Shown here: one piece after another, positions 26,001 to 37,380 of the stretch | Numbering within the stretch: position 1 is the stretch's first letter | Layout of the letters: the number at the start of each line of letters is the position of its first letter | DNA from: Tubulanus polymorphus | Taxonomy: Eukaryota > Animalia > Nemertea | DNA length: 64,000 nucleotides | Direction of reading: 5' to 3' | NCBI RefSeq assembly: GCF_964204645.1 | Contig: NC_134025.1 | Coordinates: forward strand, 23,354,299 to 23,418,298 | Position numbers and translations under genes: made by a program | The notes under the pieces: generated by a model | Databases searched by the model: none | What the model was told of the DNA's origin: nothing | What the model saw: the letters and a program-made list of their open reading frames with translations, nothing else

Positions 26001-26800
26001 CATTTAGAAATGTGTTACTGTACGCAATAAACGTTTGAACGCTGGTTCGATATCATACTGACGTATATAATACTGTAACATGTTTTCAGACAATGGGCCC
26101 ATAACCCCTGACTGATTCAGATGAATCCTTCCATTTGTACGTACATGAAATATAATGTACGCAGCTGTACACAGTTATAAAGACTATTAGTTTATTTCGA
26201 AGCAGGTGTTCCTGGGTCCTAGTTTGTTTACATAAGTAACGCAGCGATAAAATAGCCAGACAATCAGATAATTCTATGAAATGTACATAGTTATAATCAT
26301 GATAAACCCGATGCAGATTCGCTTTTGCGAATAAATCCATAGATATTTAGACATCTATCCACGTAGCATTAGTTTTCCATAACTGAATTATACAGGGACT
26401 GCCAACGCTGAAACGTGCTATAAGTAACAAATTGATTTTTTTTCAGTTATCAGCATTGGTTATCAACGCTCAATACTGAAAATCAGGAACAATTGGCAGC
26501 TCGGTATACCATGCACATATATCTTTAAATTCTCCACTCACCAAATCCATCAGTAAATTCTTCCAGGGTAAGGTATCCATTTCCGTCATCGTCCAATGAA
26601 TCAAACACCGATTCTAATTGGTCTGGATTCAAAGGTAGTTCATTTTGTAAACGTTGCATATCTCGCTTCGTGATAAATCCTTTATTTTCGGCATCGCAAA
26701 TCGCGAACAGTTCGTGAGCTTTTTGCACCATCATAGCTTCAATATCGAGAGGGGCTCCAGGCTCATCACTGGCCAGCCCTTGTTCGGTATAGGTCGCCAT
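17016..26800 (-). CDS. CRACR2A: EF-hand + coiled-coil + Rab GTPase protein (CRACR2A/EFCAB4B/Rab46; RASEF/Rab44-related large Rab)
   Basis: First coding exon 26800-26542 has two EF hands ([25 protein letters not shown]...[22 protein letters not shown]), matching the recalled CRACR2A N-terminus. Coiled-coil exons at 25.4-23.2 kb (LYEEMENQI). Linker exons ~20475-20308, ~20112-19867, 19547-19488, 19397-19328 (RQQPVG), 19101-19075. Rab exons ~18341-17016 carry [35 protein letters not shown] and ETSAK. C-terminal KKKGCCS* prenylation motif, TGA 17018-17016. An acceptor just upstream of the ATG implies upstream non-coding exon(s); candidate donors near 27209 and 29726. Confidence 0.92.
22000..22348 (+). 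mobile_element. Non-autonomous Helentron-like (HINE-type) element in a CRACR2A intron
   Basis: Ends in the hairpin AGCTCAACTGACCTTTGGTCACGAAGGAGCT followed by AAAA, with internal TGTACCAAATATGGTGATGATCC. Resembles recalled lophotrochozoan Helentron-associated repeats. Left boundary uncertain. Confidence 0.45.
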
Positions 26801-29800
26801 TATTTCCTGAGAAAGACAAGTTTGTCCATCAATTTATAATCTCAAAAAAAGCCAAAAAAGAGTGTGAACACTAAATGTTATTCACACACATCTTCAGCAA
26901 AATACATAAATTTCGGCAAAACAATACAATAATTGGGGATTGAAATTTTGTTATTGAAAATTCTAGCTATTATTCACAATATCAGTATTAACCATAACCA
27001 TAAAATCCATTTTGGATAGCTATGCCCTTTAGATTTAATGGTAGGCACTACTTAATTTCAGCAACTGCTATTCAAATTTTCAACAAAACTGACTATCGTA
27101 GTAAATTCCGGTGAAATCACAAGGATGCAGTTAAATTCAATACCTAACTTACTACCAACGGTTCATAATGATTATTGCGAAAAATTGATTGATCGTTAGG
27201 TCTACTTACCACTAACTAAAGCGTTATCCTTTCCAATATTCAAACAAATCAAATATTCTATCAATTGATACGTTACTCCATAAACGGCACCGAGGTTGGT
27301 ATCAGCCGCTGTAAGCACAAGCAGAAGATAGATATCGTAAGAGTTAAATTAAAGCAAAAACAAGCTAAGTGTCATCTGGTCGTCCTCACCAGATACAATA
27401 CTAGAATGAGTTCAAATATCAATTCTCCACCCACATGAATTCAAACACGGTTTACTGACCCCTATATCCACCACAAATGTAGCGCGTGTACATCATCATC
27501 GGTTAACATATTTAACGGTGTACACAAAATGAATTCCCAGATGTCGCCCAAAAGAATCGTTGTAGAACAAAAGTTAATATCTAGGCTCGGTCATTAATGC
27601 GTTTTCCAGTGGTTTTTTCTGATGATCGTGGAAAAATCACTCGAAATCTACGGCTCAAAAATTCGAATCAATGAGAGTACAACCTGTAGACGGTTTTTTA
27701 TTCAAAATTTAGTTCAGCAAGTACGTGTAACTGGAAATACGGCATACACTGCGAATGATCGATTTGATTAGATTATATTGATTTCCCTTCGAATATGCAA
27801 ATCGTGCGAACATCTGCTCACTGTTCGATATTATTTATTCATTTGTTCACGCTGAATGTACAACACCCAGAACATAGCGTCGGCTAAAACAGAAATACAA
27901 GTCTTGAGTGAAAGCGAAATTCATTTCACTGCATGGATCAAGAAAACATAGTCAGAACTCTGACCGAAGGCTCATAATTGATCGGTCTAATGTACAAGCT
28001 TCAGTTATTTCTGAAATCAATTCTATGATATTTTCTGTGATCTCCGGGATATTTTCAAATCTATTTGATGATGTCCATCATTGTTTTTATAATCATATTT
28101 TTATACTTTTCTGAATTTTTTTTACTTTTCTGAGATTCAATGTGTTTTCATTTTTCTACGCCATAAAAAAAACTACACAAATATTTCTATATCCATAAAT
28201 TCTAGGCCATATGCATTATCTAAGGGGTATTGCAAGAGGCCAATTTTGCGCTAGATCATCAACATTGGCATTTTAAAATGACAATTACAATGTGAAAATT
28301 GGTTTTCAATTTGTAATTAATTAAATCTAATGAATCTTATATTCCATGTAATGCATTTTCATGCATTTTTTATTCTGGATTAGAATATTGTACACGTGGA
28401 TGTTAACCAGGTCTACGTCATCAATATGGGCCTGGAATGGTTGCACCTCAACTGTAATCAATTCAACTGAATTGTCAATAGTTCAAAATAAATTGATCCT
28501 TAAATATGATTAAGTTTATATTGTTATTCTATTGTCGACAATTTCAAGAACAGGCCTATGTATGATGAAACTTCGTCAATCAAATCAAAATCAGCAGATT
28601 TCGGACCTTTTCGTTACCGGTATATAGACCTAGGCTATTGTGGGATTTGTTAATGTTATAATATGTCTGTTATTTCAAGTTTAGTTTTCTTGCAAAGGTG
28701 TGGTCATGAATTCTATGATATAATGAGTTTTAGTGGAGTGCGTGGACGTGTCACATCCAAAAAGAATTCCAGCAGAGAATCTTTTCGAACTTCAAATAAA
28801 ACATAGGCCTATACCGGTAGGCCCTATAGGTCTAGCCTTAAAAAACTAAGCATGATCCTCTTGAACGCACAGCAAAGCTAGAAGTCAACACTCATGACAG
28901 ACCTCTGGCTAAATAGCTAGAAGCACAGAAATAAGAACCAGTCAGTGAACATACATTCATACAATGACCCAGTGTCACATTCCATGCGTTGACAGACGAA
29001 AACATTTTTGTGTGTCCCATTCAAAGGGCAATTTCACCAGACCCAGACGATATGGAAAGTCTACCTAATATTAATAGAATTGCCTACAAAATTATTTTTA
29101 AGAAAACCTCTCCAAATTTAAGAAATCTAAATTTACCTTCTGCAAAGGGATCAACGCCTTAGTTTGCCTTTAAAAATGCCTGAATTGTTTTTCAGAAATT
29201 TCTGGGGGAAGGCTTATAAAATTCCCATACTGTTGCACCAGTTTCACAGTAGCGATAAGGAAAATGTCTTTCTTCAGACAATTGGCGCTTAATAGATCCA
29301 CAGATTCTCATACCTAAAAGGTCCAGAAATTAATTTCCACATTGTAGGGAACCGGTAACAACGACTGGTATTCAGACTAAAAACTAAAAAAGCTTTTTTT
29401 ATAGAGCTGGAGCCAACTCATCTTTTTTTAATCGTCTTACCACCAAAAATTTTATGTCTTAAAAGCCTCTCTAGACTCTAGGCCTATCCACTTACTGAAA
29501 ATTGTGCCCTGTCTTATAATTTGGCCCTTGAAAAATTCCCAGGATGATGAGTCCAAACCTGTGCCAGCTGTCAGATTGGAAAGTACTAGGCCTACATTCT
29601 TAATCAGTTAAGAACCGGCTGTCTCCACACATCAATTCAATTCAATTTCAAAATTTATCAAGCGCGAAGACAGTTCGAACTGCACTAGGCCTACGTTCTC
29701 ATCTATCTACATGTATCAAACTTACGTCACTGAAGTAACTTTTTATTTGAAATCTAATGGGACGTACGTTTTGAAATATCACCAACTGAATAAAATTCTC

Positions 29801-32164
29801 TTAATATTTTCAACTCCGATTTTTTGTTTTTTTCTCATGAATAGTCCTCCATTTTTAATTGGCTATGACTAAAATCCGGACGCAAATTAAAATTCAAATT
29901 CAAAATTTATTTCGTCCTTATAATTACAGATATTGACAGGATTCATGTGAATTGATCCTCTCCACCTCAGGCGGCCTATCCCCATACTCATTTATACTCA
30001 TTTTTAGGGACACTACTAATGGGTTTTGTTGAGTAATAGAGATCACCCCGAACCTCAGATTCAGTGGTCAGTCGTAAATTATTGTTGTCAAAACACTTCT
30101 TGAAGGCGTGTTTTGAAGACGAAATGCGCGGGCCGGGGAATGCTTCCTGCGCCCGGCACGCCCAACGGTCGCAGGCAGGTGTGCATTTTAAGTTAACTTA
30201 GCCGGTGCTCTGCAACCTGCAGAATGCTGGGTCGGATATGGTCGATTTTGGCTTGCTATGTACACCTATTCCAGTGGTCATTGATATAGTTTTTAGGGGG
30301 AAGGACGAGGTTCGGTTTTCGCGGCGCGGTTTGCGGAGATTGCCACACAAACTCCCAACAATGATACGGAAAATTATGACAGGCCAGGAGAATAGCCCGA
30401 CCGGGTAACCGCGACGAACTTAACCAGGCTTAAACACGCGACACGAGCCAGCGGCCTGGATAAAAGTGTCCGCCTCCGAACGTCGATAAAATGGTTTGAA
30501 AACCTCACAATTTTGTGAAAACATCCCTCCGTCATCGTCGTCTCTATGTCATAGTTTAAACATCTTTTGGAGGCTTTTGGATTTACTCTACGAAATATGA
30601 AAAATCTTCCGATTTATGATCGAAAATCGTTGTTTAAAATGTTAACTTGATACTGCCCATATAAGAATATCAATTTAGAATCCCTGATGATTAATAAATG
30701 GGCGCTTCTTCGGCACTGGCCGGGTCATTAATAGACCGTCATTAGTTTTCAGTTTGCTCGACTACCCGTATTGGAGGGGTAGTCTACATAGGCCAATGAA
30801 ATATCCGGTTTGCTGGACTACCCCAATTTGCGGGGATCGATGCGCCAGTGACAGTTTCAAGTGGTGGTGTTTCAGGGGTCTCTTCAAAGTCAGTGTTATT
30901 ATGCACAACGATGCAAGCTTTTTACTTCATGTAGCATGTGGTTTAAAAAGATAATAGTTTACCACGGGCAAAGACCAGCACTGTGGCCGGCTAATTCTAA
31001 AATTAATTTTCCGCCTCGTGTCCGAGTTTTGGTCGTTCGCGGCCATTCATTCTTTGCTTTGATGGAGAAGTATTGACGAATGTCGATGACAGGACAGTCG
31101 AAACGAGTTTGGGACAATGAAAATGAAATACTTCAATGATAACGACTTTGATCGGCAAATAGTAACTGCTGAACTATTGATTAGTTGAGCTAAATTTGTT
31201 ATAGTTAGAACTTGACCTAATCGTTGGTAAGCCTTTTTATAATCCCGGATGGGCTTATACCAACGTCCAAAGGAGTCCTGACCCCTTCAAAATTTATTGG
31301 TGTCGTGAAATCCCTAGCGAAAATAAGGGTGCATGCTCACCCAAAGGCGTTCCAGGAGAAAATGCCTGTAATTGGTGACTGAATTCCTCAATTTCAGTGT
31401 TTGCAGGTATCGGAGTGTTTGGCGGCGTCCGGGTCTAAGTCACCGCTCCGTTTAAAAGGTTTATTTAATTCTGTGTTTATTATTTGACTGTAACCCTCTC
31501 AATCGAACTCGGTTTCATGTTTTTGTCATTTCAGCAGGCTAATTAGGACCCCAGACGAACGATCAACTTGACGCTCGAAGAGTGTACTTATAAAAACCGA
31601 CCGGAGCCGACCGGAACAGACTGAAAAAACCAGGCGGCGCTAAATTCGAGAGACGAGCTGTTAAGAATCGAGTTATTTATTTTATATGGCCTTAAAGTTC
31701 CACGATATTGTTCAGCTGGCTACTGGCGTGTATTCAACCGGGCAGTAGAACCTTCTATAAGCTCTCAATTGAAATTGAATTCAACAATAGAGACACAATT
31801 GCGGCATTACAGAGTTGTTGATATCATTTCACACGCGCTATTGAATACGTCACCGGCTGACCACGGTGTACACAAGCATAGGCCATTCACCTCTGCACAC
31901 TCACACTGTGAACATGCTACCGTGGATTCTCCTCCTGGCGATCTTCGCTGCGCTCCCGCTCCTGCTCCTGTTCCTGCTTCCTGAGGAACGACGTTTTTAT
32001 GTTTTATGTGTTACTGTTCGTCTCTGTGCTGTCCTGTACTGTTCCATGTTTATTAATCCGTTCTATTTTTCAGGGTCTAACGCGTTCTAGTAGGTGATGT
32101 CAATGACGGGCAAGTCGGTCCGATTGCACGGGTTAAAAATGGAGTGGTAAAGCTGGACTGTCTA

Positions 32165-32477
32165 CTAGTATTCATTGATTCCTTTTCAGGAATTGCTTCG
32201 GGCAAAGATTTAGTCTTGTCTTCCTTTGCATTCTAGCATTCATTGATTCCTTTTAAGGGATTGCTTCGGGCAGGGATTAATTTCCCTGTCTTCCTTTGCG
32301 TGCTAGGATACATTGATTCACTGCGGGATCGCTTGCATGCTAGCATTCATTGATTCCTTTTAAGGAATTGCTTCGGGCAGGGATTAATTTCCCTGTCTTC
32401 CTTTGAGTGTTAGTATTCATTGATTCCCTGTGGGTTGCTTCTGGCGGGATTAAGTCTTGTCTTCCTTTGAGTGCTAG
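32165..32477 (+). repeat. Tandem array of ~4.5 CTAG-delimited ~70-nt structured units
   Basis: Units start at 32165, 32233, 32303 (truncated), 32340 and 32410, with a final CTAG at 32474-32477. Consensus CTAGCATTCATTGATTCCTTTTAAGGAATTGCTTCGGGCAGGGATTAATTTCCCTGTCTTCCTTTGAGTG. Confidence 0.92.
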
Positions 32478-32764
32478 TTAGGGCAATCCAGTTGCGCTGC
32501 CCTATTTTTGGCTTGGGCAATTTGATAGGTTTGTCAGTTACTGACGTCACCCGGCACACCCTGTTGGTAAATGTTGAAAGTAAGGCGTCATCCTCCTGGT
32601 TTTCGCGTTCTGTGTGAGGGCGTGTAGAGGGCAGTATATTCCTGGCTGGCTCTTTGTCTGGTGTTCTCGGCATGTGACCGGCGACGGAGAGCTGAAAAGC
32701 TTTCGGACGTTAGTTTTGTTCCATACCAGGTTTTCATCGCTCTTCTCTTTTTTTTTGATTTCAG

Positions 32765-33200
32765 GACTCCCAAGATGAAGAAGAAGATGCTGAAGGCGAC
32801 TACAAAGAAGAAGATGGCGAAAAAACAAAACTGAACTCAGCAATATCGAAAGTTAAGTTGATACACATGTAAATTACGATGCGTGATACGGAAAGGATTT
32901 TGTAACTACAGAATATCGTTCTTTTACTCATTTCAGGTTAATCCGGAAAGGCCCATCTAAAATCTACCCACTAGAAGTGCCAACAAAAGACTCCTCGTTG
33001 AATCAACCAAACACCGAAAGTCCTGCCGCAACCAAACCTGGCAGTCTCGACTTGCATGGCAACAGGGATGCATACATACAAAAAGCTAAGTTGGTTTTTC
33101 ATATCTGGGGTAGAATGCATAGGCACTGGTGATGATAGAGACGCTGGTCGAGCTCACCATCTCCGCACTACTTTATTGAAGCCCTATGGCCGGTATATTG
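32765..33200 (+). pseudogene. Decayed spliced coding relic, possibly the N-terminal part of a Kolobok/Mutator-like DNA transposase
   Basis: Exon-like 32765-~32851 (DSQDEEEDAEGDYKEEDGEK..., between an AG acceptor and a GT donor). After the acceptor at ~32936 one frame reads KCQQKTPR*INQTPKVLPQPNLAVSTCMATGMHTYKKLSWFFISGVECI, recalling the C..C....W.SQP....NL.....G..Y.K pattern of invertebrate transposase-associated proteins. Contains in-frame stops and a probable frameshift. Confidence 0.3.
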
Positions 33201-33889
33201 TTAAAAGTAAATTGAAATATTGCTAGGGCAATGATTGCGTGAATATTTACAATATTAGACGAAATGATCGAGTGAGGTCCCTTGAATATTCTTTGGTGTG
33301 ATAATTAAAATGTAGATTGGTCAGTTATTGATTATAACATTTTTTAAAGTATGTACAATTAAGGTAAATTCAATATCTTATGTGAAATTTTCCGAATGTA
33401 CCGTAGATATTTCAGGCCTCATATAGCTTGTTTAACTGACAATCAAGATATAGATAGGACAATTTACTAATTAACCAAAAATCTATCTATTTTTATCAAA
33501 ATCTACTTACTGGTCCACATTGCTGGACACGTTAATCATGATCAGTGATATTCGAAAGGATTTTCTGCTCACAAGATTCTGCTCTTTTTTTCAGCTATAC
33601 TATTGATCAACTAGTCATAAAATGTAAAAATTGATCTTCAACCTTGTAATATAGATATTCCAAATCTCGATGTATTAAAATAGGCAGTCAACTTAATTGA
33701 CCCCAATCAGTGGCTTGCCGGTTCAGACTGGTTGGAAGATTAATTGAATGAACCGGAACCGAATTTCCCAATTATGTGCTTGGTTTTAAAGAAATCAAAA
33801 TTTATGTGAAATCGATCCCCGATCACACAACTATATTTGTACTTCGATTTCCGATTTTGAAAAAATTTTACACGGAGAAAATGACCAAA

Positions 33890-34045
33890 AAAATTAGAAA
33901 AAATTATTTTCAACCTTGTAAACTTTCGGACTATTTACATGAAAAAAAGAGCAAAGAAATGTAAAAATTAGACAAAATTATCTTCAACCTTGTAAACTTT
34001 CGGACTATTTACACAGAAAATATGACAAAAAATATGTAAAATTAG
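33890..34045. repeat. Direct duplication, ~2 x 75 bp
   Basis: AAATTAT(T/C)TTCAACCTTGTAAACTTTCGGACTATTT occurs at ~33901 and ~33975. Confidence 0.8.
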
Positions 34046-34384
34046 ACAACCAACTTAGGAGACCCTCGCCAATGATGAACCCAGCAATCATCAAAGGTAA
34101 CATAAAATAGATGGAATTATTGCGATAAATTCTAAATGAAATATTTCGTCATTACAGGATATCTTCTTTTATTCATTTCAGCTGAATCACATCTATAAGA
34201 AAATGCTCAGCCTAAGATTAACTAGTCCAAAATGTACTGATTAGAATAGCCAACAGAAAATTCCATCTTGAATTGAACGCAGAAGAGTCCAACTTGAATT
34301 CAACTGCATAGGCCTAGAAGTCCAGATGAGAAATTCAGCCAGCAGCGGTTTATCGCCCAATGACAGATTTCTTCCTCAATAGGT

Positions 34385-34696
34385 GGAGCAGAGACAATGC
34401 GTGTCTTACCGGTATATATAAACAATTAATCAGGAGCAGCAGAGACAATGTAAATATATTGTGAATGGTTATTCAGGAGCAGCAGAGACAATGTGTTTCT
34501 TATAACGAATTATTCAGGAGCAGCAGCAGAGACAATGTGTATCTTATAAACAATTATTCAGGAGCAGCACAGACAATGCGTATCTTATAAACACTTATTC
34601 AGGAGCAGCAGCAGAGACAATGTGTATCTTATAAACAATTATTCAGGAGCAGCACAGAAAATACGTATCTTATAAACACTTGTTCAGGAGCAGCAA
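34385..34696. repeat. Minisatellite, ~7.3 copies of 41-48 bp
   Basis: Consensus GGAGCAGCAGAGACAATGTGTATCTTATAAACAATTATTCA. The last four units alternate 44/41 bp as an A-B dimer. Confidence 0.92.
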
Positions 34697-37250
34697 CGTC
34701 AGTAGAATATGTAAAGTATTGATTTATTTTGGTTCGACGTAGATCGCTTAAAATACACCTGAACTGAGATATGAAATCAACAGGACAGTTCAGATAATCT
34801 TCATGCTTAGTAATACATAGCTTTGCATGATTTGTAATAATGACATAGTTTGGTCTCTTAGAAATAGTGATTCATTTTATATTTCCTGACAGTATAAATG
34901 ATTTGCATAGCCTAAATGTTCAAAAGGGAGAGCGTAGTCAGTTAGATGGTTGCAACTTTTAAATGCAATAAAGGAAGTTGATACCTGATTAGTTTGGACT
35001 CCGTAACTCGCCCAGCAAGTTTATGGGCTTTGAATAAAGATGTTTTGAAAATGATTCCTTGGCCAAAAAGTGGCCCTTCAGTATAGACTGGCTACGCCCC
35101 CGAATATCCCTTAGTTAAGAAAAACATTGGCTATAATGTTCGGCAGTGTCCTGTGTACAAATGATAAGTTTAAATACCAAAGTGTTGATGTATTTTTTGA
35201 TGCCATAATTTTTTTCGAATGCCCATAAAAGCTATTTGAATAGTAGAATATCTCGATTTTCACAAAAGTTTTAGCATTGAGCTTCCATGTAGATCATAGC
35301 TTGGTATATGAAAACTTATATCTTAGCACATTGTATCCACAGAGGTATATTTAAGAGAGGTATAGCTAGGAATAATGTGATATAAAGGAATAAATAATAA
35401 TGGCCAGCAATAATTTTGAACGTTTTAATTGTGTTTATAGCTATTTTAACTTCTTCAATCATCACTGATATCATAAGGTTGAGTGGCTTTCAAATCAGGG
35501 TGTTTAATAGTAAACGGTGCAGCAGTAAATTTGTAGCACTTTTTTTAAGTGAGGCCATAATTTCACCGGTAAAAAATTCCTGATGATATAAATAGTAATA
35601 AATAGTACAAATACATAGAAAATAATTTTAAAAAGTTAATAAATAAAAAAAAAACAATAAATAAAAAATACATAACAAAATAAATACAATTATAAGTAAT
35701 AAAAAAAATAAACAAAACCAACAAACAATTAGTTCAGTTCTAGGGCCTTCATTATCAGGAATTTTTCTAATCAACTTAATCTAATTATTAAAGGTTCTTC
35801 ACATAGAACAACCTTCTCAGAGTTTCCCAACCTCTTGAGATCTTTTCTGTTGTTGTTTTAAGCATTCTATCGGACAGTTAGGTAATAAGCAAAACAAATA
35901 ACCATAAACCTTAACTATCAAACACACTAAAAAAATAACTGATTTGATAGAATGCTTCAAATAACTGATGAAAGATCACGCGTCCTTCTATCTAGCACAC
36001 CCTATCACTGCTGTAACTGTTAATTGTTATAGGGATAATACTGGGAATACAATTTTACTCTTTTCTGGAAAGAATGTTAAACAGCTATAAACGTGATTAG
36101 TTATCGATAATAAAATTATTGTCATGTTTTCGAATAACTTAGTATTAAATGTATTAAATGAGCGAACTGATAATTTTTGAAAATCTTAAGTTAAGACGAG
36201 GGGCAGCAAAAAGATTCTAGTTTTCTCGCAAAAATTATGTTTATTAAAATGAAATTTAAAACGTTAAGTTAATACTTAGCTTTCCAGCATGACTTAGTAG
36301 GTTTTGTCTCTTGTTTAAATGCTTTTATGTTGAACTGTTATTAAAATACAGTTCACCTGTTAACAATGAACTTACATGATAATTCCACGAGTATGTAAAT
36401 ACCTGTTATTTAGGAAGGTTTTGTCATGAGAATAAAACGACACATACATGTTCATTATTCATCTTATTTTTCAACTGTTTAATAAAGCTTATAGCAACTA
36501 TCAAAATGATGTCCTATCGAATTAATAGGAGCATTTTTTCTATTGAATATAGAGGAGCATTGTTTCGTATAAATGAGGATATATGTAGATTAGTAAATTG
36601 TCCTAGCTATGTTTTGATAGCTATTGTCAGTTTTACAATATATGGGGCCTGATTCAAATCTGCACAGGAAGCATTTCCAATCTCGAAAAAGTTATCGAAT
36701 TCAGGTTAATTGTAGGTATCTCGGTGATCAGTTATTTGTACTTTACCTAGATATATGGATAGTTAAAATACATGTACCTATATGACGATACTCAATTTGT
36801 CTTAATCAAAAAACCTTCAAAAAATAATTTGCATTAAACGTAACAATGTTGAGAAAATAACATTGATTATGTTTGAATATCTCGGGCAAAGTTGGCAAAA
36901 CTCCAGTTATCTTGTAGAACTCTAGTTATCTTGTAAAATAATGTTAATGAAAATGAAAATAGGGATTTATTAGTTAATCTCAAGCTGTCCAGAGTGAATA
37001 GGTTTTATTAGTGTTAATGCTTTTATGTTGAACTGTTTACTGTCCCAATTGTCGGTGTTTTATGGATCAAAGTTTACAATTCTTTGTGTAATTTTGTCAT
37101 TTTCCTATTGATTCAAATTGTATGGATCAGTTGCAGTGGAAATGTTTTTGGTAAAATAAAAACCTTGAAATACCTTGTATGTTGTGATGTTAAAAGCTAG
37201 TTTTTTGGTAATTTTATTTTTTTGGATAATGTAAGTCATTATAAGGCTCA

Positions 37251-37380
37251 AAATGATACCTTGTTTTTCCTGATCGGCCAACTGTCATTTTGTAAATCAC
37301 AAATAAATTTTTAGCCTAATCAGTTCATTTCTATAATTGCCGAATCTGTAATGGTTATAGCTTGATCATGATTTTAAAGT
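37251..37380 (+). repeat. Dispersed repeat, second copy at ~39028-39150 (RPF2 intron)
   Basis: Both copies share AAATGATACCTT...TAATCAGTTCATTTCTATA...GCTTGATCATGATTT. Confidence 0.7.

Noticed and set aside
5314-26800. CSDE1 next to a small GTPase gene, reminiscent of the vertebrate CSDE1-NRAS linkage
   Set aside because: The neighbour is a Rab-family EF-hand protein in convergent orientation, not a Ras ortholog in tandem.
30122-30190. GC-rich fold (GCCGGG/CCCGGC plus CCTGCG/CGCAGG) resembling an HDV-like ribozyme
   Set aside because: No P1.1 GG, P2 or J4/2 catalytic C arrangement could be built; several alternative pairings are expected from GC richness.
32165-34696. CRISPR-like appearance of the two arrays
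   Set aside because: Eukaryotic intron-rich context, no cas genes, and the variable parts are homologous to one another rather than unique spacers.
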